In this document: in pieces, positions 21,075-28,789 of the stretch
How positions within the stretch are numbered: the first letter of the stretch is position 1
Layout: every line of letters begins with the position of its first letter
Assembly (NCBI GenBank): GCA_038042445.1
Contig: JBBTED010000067.1
Span: 1-64,000, forward strand
Direction: 5' to 3'
Length of the DNA stretch: 64,000 nt
Source: Candidatus Firestoneibacteriota bacterium
GTDB lineage: Bacteria; Oederibacteriota; D2-FULL-39-29; JBBTED01
Made by a program: the position numbers and the translations under genes
Notes under the pieces: model-generated
What the model was told of the DNA's origin: nothing
The model's input: only the letters and a program-made list of their open reading frames with translations
The model's database searches: none

Positions 21075-21926
21075 ATGACAATAAAAGATGCTATTACTTT
21101 TGGAACAAAGGTTTTAGAATCTATTAATATAGAAAATGCCAGATTTGAATCAGAAATAATTTTAGCTCATATTCTAAATATAAAACGGTATAACTTATAT
21201 TTAAATTTTGCACAAGAACTTTCAAAACTCCAATCAAAAAATTATTCTTCTTATATAAATAAACGTAAAAAGCATATTCCACTTCAATATTTACTTAAAT
21301 CTCAGGAATTTATGGATGTGAAATTGTATATTGATAAAGGAGTTCTTATACCACGGCCAGAAACAGAGATTTTAGTAGAAAAATTTATAGAACTTGTTAA
21401 GAATAAATCAAAAAAAATAAAAATTTTAGATATAGGAACAGGTAGTGGAAATATTGCAATTATGTTAGCGTTGAACTTAAACTGTGTTGTGTATGCAGCA
21501 GATATTTCTGTTGATGCTTTGAAAATAGCTAAATATAATGCAAAACAATATAAAGTTAGCGATAAAATTAAGTTTATACAAGCAGATATTTTGAATTTAT
21601 TACCAACATTTTGTGATTTTGACGCTGTTATTTCAAATCCTCCATACATAAAATCAGATGATATTGATAAATTGTCTGATGAGGTTTCAAAATACGAACC
21701 AAGAATTGCTTTAGATGGTGGTAAAGATGGATTATTATTTTATAAAAGTATTTTAAGTAAAATAAAAAAAATACTTAAGCCAAATGGTATTATTGCATTT
21801 GAAATAGGAATGGGACAAAAAAAACATCTTTTGCAAATATTAAATCAATTAGGCAATTTTACGGATATAAAGTTTATAAAAGATTATCAGAGCATAGACC
21901 GTGTAGTATTTGCAAGGATGATTTGA
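21075..21926 (+). CDS. prmC: Release factor glutamine methyltransferase
   Basis: VLIPRPETE, LDIGTGSG, SNPPYI; follows prfA. Confidence 0.96.
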   Translation: MTIKDAITFGTKVLESINIENARFESEIILAHILNIKRYNLYLNFAQELSKLQSKNYSSYINKRKKHIPLQYLLKSQEFMDVKLYIDKGVLIPRPETEILVEKFIELVKNKSKKIKILDIGTGSGNIAIMLALNLNCVVYAADISVDALKIAKYNAKQYKVSDKIKFIQADILNLLPTFCDFDAVISNPPYIKSDDIDKLSDEVSKYEPRIALDGGKDGLLFYKSILSKIKKILKPNGIIAFEIGMGQKKHLLQILNQLGNFTDIKFIKDYQSIDRVVFARMI

Positions 21927-21982
21927 ATTGTATCTTGACAAAATCTTTTGGTTTTTATATCATTATAATAGGGGTGATATAT

Positions 21983-22180
21983 ATGTCGTCAAGTACACTT
22001 TCATTATTAGATGTTGAACGAGCAATCAAAAAATTTGAACCGGAAAAGCAAAGAAAATTACTTGTAAAACTTCCTTCACTTTTAAAAATAAAAGTAGAAA
22101 ATTTAGAGCTTTTAAAACTTGCAGAAGAATCTTTTGAATTTTGGAAAAATCCCGAAGATAAAATCTATGACACTCTTTAA
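21983..22180 (+). CDS. Putative antitoxin
   Basis: 65 aa ending ESFEFWKNPEDKIYDTL, overlapping a PemK/MazF toxin; own promoter TTGACA(21935)-N17-TATCAT and GGGGTG RBS. Confidence 0.7.
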   Translation: MSSSTLSLLDVERAIKKFEPEKQRKLLVKLPSLLKIKVENLELLKLAEESFEFWKNPEDKIYDTL

Positions 22181-22514
22181 TAGCGGGGATGTTGTATTAA
22201 TAGGTTTTCCATTTACTGATTTGTCAGGTTCAAAGCAAAGGCCTGGTGTAATAATTTCATCAAAATTATATAATGAAAAAGGAATAGATGTTATTATTGC
22301 TGCTATTACTTCACAGATTCAGGACAAAATAGAAAATGATGAATATTGTCTTACAGAAAAAGAGCAAAAGATTGCAGGATTACCAAAAAAGTCTATTATA
22401 AAAGTTGGCAAGATAATAACTATTGATCAACGATTAATTAGAAAGAAGCTGGGATATTTAACATCAGAAACATTAGCAAATATTAGAAATATCCTACTAA
22501 AAATTCATATATAA
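22167..22514 (+). CDS. PemK/MazF family toxin
   Basis: GDVVLIGFPFTD...KQRPGVIIS, AAITS, GLPKKS motifs. Confidence 0.9.
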   Translation: MTLFNSGDVVLIGFPFTDLSGSKQRPGVIISSKLYNEKGIDVIIAAITSQIQDKIENDEYCLTEKEQKIAGLPKKSIIKVGKIITIDQRLIRKKLGYLTSETLANIRNILLKIHI

Positions 22515-22554
22515 AATAACGTAATAGACTTAGCTGTAACAATCATTTCTGTCA

Positions 22555-22905
22555 TCAATATTTGGATTTTTTCTTGAATACTTGTGAAAGAATATTAAAA
22601 GCCACTTTTTTATCTTCTACACTTTTTGCTCTGATGATATTGCTGATTTTATTTATATATGGGTCTACTTTGTAAATTACTACTGGCTTGTGAAATGCAA
22701 ATAAATTACTTAAAGAAATAGTCAGTGCTTCACAAATTCTTACCAGTGTTTCTATAGATGGAACATTTTTGCCTCTTTCAATCTGGGACAAATAACTCCA
22801 GTCTCTTTGTGTTTTCTCTGCAAGCTGTTCTAATGTCATACCCCTTTTATTTCTTTCGTTTCTGATGATTTTACCAATATATTTATAGATTTCAGTTGTT
22901 TCCAT
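22555..22905 (-). CDS. XRE-family HTH regulator
   Basis: MTLEQLAEK...SYLSQIERG..PSIETL; AAAGGAG RBS. Confidence 0.9.
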   Translation of the reverse strand: METTEIYKYIGKIIRNERNKRGMTLEQLAEKTQRDWSYLSQIERGKNVPSIETLVRICEALTISLSNLFAFHKPVVIYKVDPYINKISNIIRAKSVEDKKVAFNILSQVFKKKSKY

Positions 22906-22987
22906 TGTTTCTCCTTTGGATTTTCAATATACCGTTAATACGACCAAAAGTGTATAATCTATAAGCACACCATTAGCAAAATACACA

Positions 22988-23016
22988 TTGACTATATACC
23001 CAAAATATGGCATACT
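22988..23016 (+). promoter_or_regulatory. sigma70-type promoter divergent from the XRE gene
   Basis: TTGACT-N17-CATACT. Confidence 0.5.
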
Positions 23017-23080
23017 ATAATATAGAAAGATAAAGTTCAATTGTAACGAAATAGGTTATTGGTTCTATGTAAGGTTTTAT

Positions 23081-23170
23081 GTAGGGCAAGGCTTTAGCCT
23101 TGCGGATGCAGGCGGATGCAAACTTTGCTTAAACACGTGTCATTCCCGCGTGTAATAAGCGGGAATCCAG
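23081..23170. repeat. REP cluster (GTAG...GCTTTAGC unit and GTCATTCCCGC...GCGGGAATCCAG unit)
   Basis: 23081-23103 and 23139-23170; both families recur elsewhere in the window. Confidence 0.8.
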
Positions 23171-23244
23171 TGTCTATTGTTGTATTACAAGTGAAACTGG
23201 GTTTAATGGTGGCTACTAAAAATGAAAGAAAATATGCAGAAATT

Positions 23245-23577
23245 TTATGTGAAAATTATTTTTGCAATTTTTATTAGTATGTCAATTTGTTTTGATGTTC
23301 TATTTTTGATAACATTGAAAAGCTCTCTGTGTTTTCTATCTTTACTTTTCCATTTGCTTTCTTCAACGAACAAGTCAACAAGTGAAACATTTAAAGCATC
23401 TGCAATTTTCTGTAAAGTCTCCAAGGAGGGACCTTTTGCACCTCTTTCAATGAGGCCAATATAACTGTTATGCAAATTACTTTTTTCAGAAAGCTTTTCT
23501 TGTGTCAAATTTTGTTCAGTTCTCAAGCATTTTATTCTATTCCCAAGCAATTTATAAAGCTCATTAAATTCGTTCAT
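23245..23577 (-). CDS. XRE-family HTH regulator
   Basis: LTQEKLSEK..LHNSYIGLIERG..PSLETL. Confidence 0.9.
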   Translation of the reverse strand: MNEFNELYKLLGNRIKCLRTEQNLTQEKLSEKSNLHNSYIGLIERGAKGPSLETLQKIADALNVSLVDLFVEESKWKSKDRKHRELFNVIKNRTSKQIDILIKIAKIIFT

Positions 23578-23684
23578 TTAGAGAATAAGTCTACATCAAA
23601 ACCCACTAAAAGTGAAGTAACCCACAGTATTATTTTTATTGACTGTAGGTATTGTTTTATGTAATTATATTTATGGTAACACTG

Positions 23685-23707
23685 GTAGCCGCAGGCTTTA
23701 GCCTGCG
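23685..23707. repeat. GTAG REP (gtagccgcaggctttagcctgcg)
   Basis: Copies at 48904-48926, 58507-58529 and, inverted, 28843-28865. Confidence 0.85.
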
Positions 23708-23737
23708 TATCTAGTAGAAACAAGGATGTGAAAATTT

Positions 23738-24085
23738 ATGAACTTGAGGCAAGGTGAAATTAAACAAATTGAAAGTGATATTAATCTCCAAAAAAGTAAC
23801 GGTTGGAGTTCATTAGCGAGTTTTATGTATGCAGCAAGTAAATATCTGAATCGTATTGGTATGCAGATTAATAAGGATAATTTATATGACTTAAATATTG
23901 CTTGCCATAGACAGTTAGGAATAACACAATATGCTAAAAATTCTATAATGCCATCAGATTATGCTTTTCCTAAATATGGTTTAGGAAAAGGTAAAACAGG
24001 CAAGAACACAAAAAAATACCCAAAATTTTTGGAGAAAATTGATGGCAAAAAAGGTAAGAATTTTGAACTTGACTATTCCCTATAG
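23738..24085 (+). CDS. Hypothetical protein; its C-terminus runs into a repeat element
   Basis: 115-aa ORF with AAGGA RBS; the stop codon lies within the hairpin at 24078-24097. Confidence 0.5.
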   Translation: MNLRQGEIKQIESDINLQKSNGWSSLASFMYAASKYLNRIGMQINKDNLYDLNIACHRQLGITQYAKNSIMPSDYAFPKYGLGKGKTGKNTKKYPKFLEKIDGKKGKNFELDYSL

Positions 24086-24263
24086 CTTGCTACAGGGTTA
24101 CAATATTTTGTCATGCCCGAATGTAGTAATCGGGCATCCAGAGTCTTGTTTTATCAATGTTTTAAAGACACTGGATTCCCGATAGAAACATTCGGGAATG
24201 ACGGTATTACTTAAGTATTTTTTAGTTTTTGGATACCCCGTAGCTTGCTACGGGGAGGTTCAT
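24078..24263. mobile_element. Non-autonomous element with IS200/IS605-like end hairpins enclosing a REP doublet
   Basis: ccctatagcttgctacaggg (left) and accccgtagcttgctacggggaggttcat (right) flank a 93-bp GTCAT doublet (24110-24202); no transposase ORF. Confidence 0.55.
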
Positions 24264-24362
24264 TTTATATGATAATAAAACAAAATGTTATTTTAAAATT
24301 CGGGGTAAGTTCAGTGTCCCACGAATTATAAATGTAAAGATGCAACATTTGAAGCAAGTGAT

Positions 24363-25001
24363 ATGGCAGAACAATTAAAAAGTGAAATAGGAAAAGGTTT
24401 TGAAGATGTATTTATGAAAAAAAGTCTAAAAATTTTTGGGTTTATTCTTGGTGGCATTGTAGGTATTATATTTACCAAACTTTTTTTATTGAAGTCCTAT
24501 GAAGATGAAAAAAAGAATGAGAAATTGACAGAGAAAGAAGAAGAAAAAAAGTTACATCAATTAGATGATTACTATGATGATTATATTCGAAGAAGAGATG
24601 AATTTAATAAAATTAGATCAGATACTATGGATTCGGTTGATAAAATAATATTGACTTTATCAACTGGTACATTAGTTCTATCAATTACATTTTTAGATAA
24701 AATTGGAAAACCTATCAATTATTCTTTTATTTTAGTATGTTCATGGTGTTTTTTAATGGTTTCTCTCTTACTAAATATTCTTAGTTTTATATTTGCAAGA
24801 ATAAATATAGAAAACAAAATTCAGGATTTGGATGATAAATACGAAGAACGTAAAGAAGATAAGAAATATTTTGTTGAAAAAAACTTTATTTGGGAAAAGT
24901 GGACTGATTTTTGTAATTATTTTGCTTTATTTTCATTTCTTATAGGTATTATTAGTTTTTTTATTTATGCATTAATAATTATATTTGATAATTGTAAATA
25001 G
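24363..25001 (+). CDS. Hypothetical membrane protein
   Basis: About 4 hydrophobic segments, DKIILTLSTGTLVLSITFL; start may be 24414. Confidence 0.65.
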   Translation: MAEQLKSEIGKGFEDVFMKKSLKIFGFILGGIVGIIFTKLFLLKSYEDEKKNEKLTEKEEEKKLHQLDDYYDDYIRRRDEFNKIRSDTMDSVDKIILTLSTGTLVLSITFLDKIGKPINYSFILVCSWCFLMVSLLLNILSFIFARINIENKIQDLDDKYEERKEDKKYFVEKNFIWEKWTDFCNYFALFSFLIGIISFFIYALIIIFDNCK

Positions 25002-25015
25002 AATGGAGGTGCATT

Positions 25016-25072
25016 ATGGCCAGTAAAAAAACAGGTGGGAAAACACCATCTAAACCACCTAAAAAGAAATAA
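25016..25072 (+). CDS. Putative 18-aa basic microprotein MASKKTGGKTPSKPPKKK
   Basis: GGAGGT RBS 5 nt before ATG; below the ORF-track cutoff. Confidence 0.45.
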   Translation: MASKKTGGKTPSKPPKKK

Positions 25073-25109
25073 AATTTTTATATGTTTATGAATTAGGAGA
25101 TATAAAATT

Positions 25110-25507
25110 ATGGAAATAGAAATTAGTGATAATTTTGGAGTAAATGGTGGACTGCATTATGGAACACCTGTAAATGTTGTAAGAGAACTTAAAGCAATAT
25201 GGAATATTACAGCACGAGTATCTGAAGAGATAAGGAATAAAAGTGTTGATGATTGGGCAAAAGATATAAGGGAACATATGCCGTTTTTAAATTGTTGGTA
25301 TGAAAAATTATTAAAAGAGAAAAACATCCTTTTTCAAATGAATTAATGACTATTTTTGCACTTGCTTATGGCGAGCCAAACTATCAATGGGTAAGTATTC
25401 AGAATATTATATGGGATGATGGTTCCACTACTACAAGGGATGATTTACTTAGAATGCAATTGGATGAAGAAAAATTCAATAATTTACAGAGATTAGGTTT
25501 AATATAG
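25110..25507 (+). pseudogene. Hypothetical protein, probably split by a frameshift (25110..25346 plus 25346..25507)
   Basis: AGGAG RBS; one extra T in the T5 run at 25330-25334 would join the 78-aa and 53-aa ORFs. Two coupled genes (TAATG overlap) is the alternative. Confidence 0.4.
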
Positions 25508-25533
25508 TTTTGAAATTTAAAAAGAATAAAGAA

Positions 25534-26097
25534 ATGGATAATTTAAAAGATATTTATATTAGTTATTTCAATCAGATGAGAGATGGTGAATCAAATATTT
25601 TCAAATTTCTCACTACACTTTTTACTGCTATTGGAGGATTTTATATTGTTGTTAAAAATAATGTTGTTGAAAATAATTTAGATTGGTTATTGTTTTCAGC
25701 AATTGGATCTACTATTGTACTTATATGGGGAATTCTTTATGTTTTATCAATAGGTTATACGCATAGATATTTGCAGGTAATAATGTGGTATTATGAAAAT
25801 AAATTAAAATTACCCAATTTCAAATCTTGGGATCCAAAAAAATTTAAAAAGTTGAAAGTATGCCAAAGCTTATTATTAGAACCTACTCCGGGAATTTATA
25901 AAATCCATCTTATAGGATTTATTATGGGAATTATGTTAGTTTGGTATTGGTACGGATTTTTAAAAAATAACAACCATATTGGTTGTGTGATTATACTATT
26001 TCTTATTGTGTGGTTGCTTACTGCTTGTTTAAATTATTACTATATGAACAAACTAAAAAAAATAATTGAAAAAGGAATTAATAATGATAAAACTTAA
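25534..26097 (+). CDS. Hypothetical membrane protein
   Basis: 4 predicted TM segments. Confidence 0.6.
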   Translation: MDNLKDIYISYFNQMRDGESNIFKFLTTLFTAIGGFYIVVKNNVVENNLDWLLFSAIGSTIVLIWGILYVLSIGYTHRYLQVIMWYYENKLKLPNFKSWDPKKFKKLKVCQSLLLEPTPGIYKIHLIGFIMGIMLVWYWYGFLKNNNHIGCVIILFLIVWLLTACLNYYYMNKLKKIIEKGINNDKT

Positions 26098-28789
26098 TAA
26101 ATTTTTTAAAATTATTTTTATAGTAATAGTTTATAGTATAATTAACGATTTTACATATACTTATGCTGTAACTTATACATTAGACAGCACAGGAAATGTT
26201 GGAGGGTATAACTCTATAGCCATAGACAGTAATAACAAAGTTCATATTGGTTATTATGATGTTACAAATGGAGATTTAAAATACGCAACGAATATATCTG
26301 GTTCATGGGTAACATCTACTTTGGATAGTTCAGGAACTGTTGGATGGTGGAGCTCTATAGCCATAGACAGTAATAACAAAGTTCATATTGGTTATTATGA
26401 TGCTACAAATGGAGATTTAAAATACGCAACGAATATATCTGGTTCTTGGGTAACATCTACTTTGGATAGTTCAGGAACTGTTGGATGGTATAACTCTATA
26501 GCCATAGACAGTAATAACAAAGTTCATATTAGTTATATGGATTATACAAATGCAGATTTAAAATACGCAACAAATACATCTGGTTCTTGGGTATATACAA
26601 CATTAGATGATATTGGAAGTAGTTTAGATGGTTCTCAAAACCGTACTTCAATCACAATAGATAGTAATAATAAAGTCCATATTAGTTATGCTATGGGTTT
26701 TGGTGGTAATTTAAAATATGCAACAAATACATCAGGTAGTTGGGTGTGTATATCATTAGGTATAGGATTTACTTCTTCAATAGCCATAGACAATAATAAT
26801 AAAGTTTATATAAGTTATAATGGGACAGATTTAAGATATGGTACAAACGCATCTGGTAGTTGGGTGACATCAACATTAGATAGTGCGTTCTCAAATTCTT
26901 TCATAGCGATAGATAACAATAACAAGATTCATATAAGTTGTTTTGATAGTACAAATGCAGATTTAAAATATGTTACAAATGCTGGTAATACAGCACCAAC
27001 ATTATCATGGACAGGCGAGGCAAATTATACTTCAGATGGAATAAATCCAGAAATAGGAAACACAAGTTCAACATTTATATACAGGATTAAATATACCGAT
27101 ACTGATAATGATGCACCGGCGAGTGGGTATCCAAAGGTGCATATTAAGAAAGCAGGAGTTGAAATAAGCGGTAGTCCATTTACAATGAGTTATGTAAGTG
27201 GAAGTTATAGCACAGGAGCAATTTATACATATTCTAAAACATTAAGTTCTTTGGGAACTGACTACACATATTATTTTGAAGCGCAGGATGTGTGGAATGA
27301 AGTAGCAACAGGCACGCCAACAATCGCTGTTGATTCTCCTGATGTCAATAATGCTCCTGCATTATCTTGGACCGGTGAGACAAATTATGTATCTGACGGG
27401 TTAGATCCGCATACAGGAAATACAGCAATAACATTTACATACAGAGTGAAGTATACGGATGCTGATGCTTTAGCAAGTGGATATCCAAAAGTTCATATTA
27501 AAAAAGCAGGAAGTGAAATATCTGGTAGTCCATTCACAATGACTTATGTAAGTGGAACATATTCAGGCGGAGCGATTTACACTTATTCTAAAATACTTTC
27601 TACCGTTGGAATTGACTATACATATTATTTTGAGGCACAGGATGTATATAACGAAGTAGCAACTGGAATACCAACAACATCAGTAGATGCTCCTGATGTT
27701 TCTGCTATTCCTCTTATTTCTCCAAATACAGCACCCATTTTTTCCTGGACAGGTGAAACAAATTATACGGCTAATGGGATTTATCCTACTTTAGGAAATG
27801 CGAGTACTACTTTTGTTTTTAGGGTGAAATATACGGATGCAGATAATGATGCTCCTGCATCAGGATATCCTAAATTGTATATTAAAAAAGGTGGTGTAGA
27901 AATTTCTGGTAGTCCGTTTGCTATGGTGACAGTAGATAGTAGTTTGTATTCAGCAGGTCCAATTTATACTTATTCTACGGTTTTAACTAAATCAGGTGCT
28001 GATTATACTTATTATTTTGAGGCGAAAGATGTATTAAATGGTCTTGCAACAGGAATACCTACAAATCCTTTTGATGCACCTGATGTTAATGTAATTCAGG
28101 CAAATCAAGATACCAATATAGTAAGTGAAGACGGAACCAGTATTGATATTCCAAAGGATACACTAAATCCAGGAGTTGCAATTAACATCACTATTCCTTC
28201 TGTTATTCCTGAAGGAGAAGTCCAAAATGCAGGATATTCAGTTAAGCAGACAAATATAACAAGAGAAATAACTACATCAGATGGGAGTAAAAATTTTAAT
28301 AAGGAAATAAAAATATCTATTCCATTTAAAGATTCTGATGTTGCTGGAATAAATAAACAAAACCTGAAATTATTCTATTATTCTGAAGAAAGGAAAATGT
28401 GGATTTTAATTCCATCTGCTGTAGTTGATACTAATAAAAATACAATTTCTATATTAGTTACACATTTGACAATTTTTAGGATAATGGCACTTGAGCCAAC
28501 ATCAGCAGTATTAGTTTTATATAACAATTTGTTTGACCCTGCAAATAATGAAAAATTATATGTTCGTTATGATATTGTGCAAGAAGTAGATGTTACAGTT
28601 ACTGTGTATAGCATCAAGGGGCAAAAGATAAAAGAATTATTTAATGGTAGAAAAACTGCTGGTAGTTACACTGATTTAACCTGGGATGGCAAGAATGAAG
28701 ATGGAGAGGTTGTAGCAAGTGGTATTTATGTTGTGTATATTTCTGCAGGGGATTTTAGAGATAAGAAAAAAGTGGTGGTGGTGAAATGA
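26084..28789 (+). CDS. Large secreted repeat protein: beta-propeller-like repeats, three repeated ~120-aa domains, ZU5-like region, C-terminal FlgD-Ig/T9SS-like sorting domain
   Basis: Signal peptide; SIAIDSNNKVHI..Y.....DLKYATN repeats; 3x AP.LSWTGE.NY...YTYYFEA.D; C-terminus VYSIKGQKIKEL...WDGKNEDGEVVASGIY...KKVVVVK. Confidence 0.85.
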   Translation: MIKLNKFFKIIFIVIVYSIINDFTYTYAVTYTLDSTGNVGGYNSIAIDSNNKVHIGYYDVTNGDLKYATNISGSWVTSTLDSSGTVGWWSSIAIDSNNKVHIGYYDATNGDLKYATNISGSWVTSTLDSSGTVGWYNSIAIDSNNKVHISYMDYTNADLKYATNTSGSWVYTTLDDIGSSLDGSQNRTSITIDSNNKVHISYAMGFGGNLKYATNTSGSWVCISLGIGFTSSIAIDNNNKVYISYNGTDLRYGTNASGSWVTSTLDSAFSNSFIAIDNNNKIHISCFDSTNADLKYVTNAGNTAPTLSWTGEANYTSDGINPEIGNTSSTFIYRIKYTDTDNDAPASGYPKVHIKKAGVEISGSPFTMSYVSGSYSTGAIYTYSKTLSSLGTDYTYYFEAQDVWNEVATGTPTIAVDSPDVNNAPALSWTGETNYVSDGLDPHTGNTAITFTYRVKYTDADALASGYPKVHIKKAGSEISGSPFTMTYVSGTYSGGAIYTYSKILSTVGIDYTYYFEAQDVYNEVATGIPTTSVDAPDVSAIPLISPNTAPIFSWTGETNYTANGIYPTLGNASTTFVFRVKYTDADNDAPASGYPKLYIKKGGVEISGSPFAMVTVDSSLYSAGPIYTYSTVLTKSGADYTYYFEAKDVLNGLATGIPTNPFDAPDVNVIQANQDTNIVSEDGTSIDIPKDTLNPGVAINITIPSVIPEGEVQNAGYSVKQTNITREITTSDGSKNFNKEIKISIPFKDSDVAGINKQNLKLFYYSEERKMWILIPSAVVDTNKNTISILVTHLTIFRIMALEPTSAVLVLYNNLFDPANNEKLYVRYDIVQEVDVTVTVYSIKGQKIKELFNGRKTAGSYTDLTWDGKNEDGEVVASGIYVVYISAGDFRDKKKVVVVK
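26177..26975 (+). repeat. 141-bp (47-aa) intragenic tandem repeat; 3 near-identical and about 3 diverged copies
   Basis: Units start at 26177, 26318, 26459 and 26600. Confidence 0.9.

Noticed and set aside
21983..26097. Prophage or restriction-modification island
   Set aside because: XRE genes are present but there are no integrase, structural, methyltransferase or nuclease motifs.
26177..26640. Diversity-generating retroelement TR/VR pair
   Set aside because: Copies are tandem and in frame within one gene, differences are not confined to adenines, and no reverse transcriptase is present.
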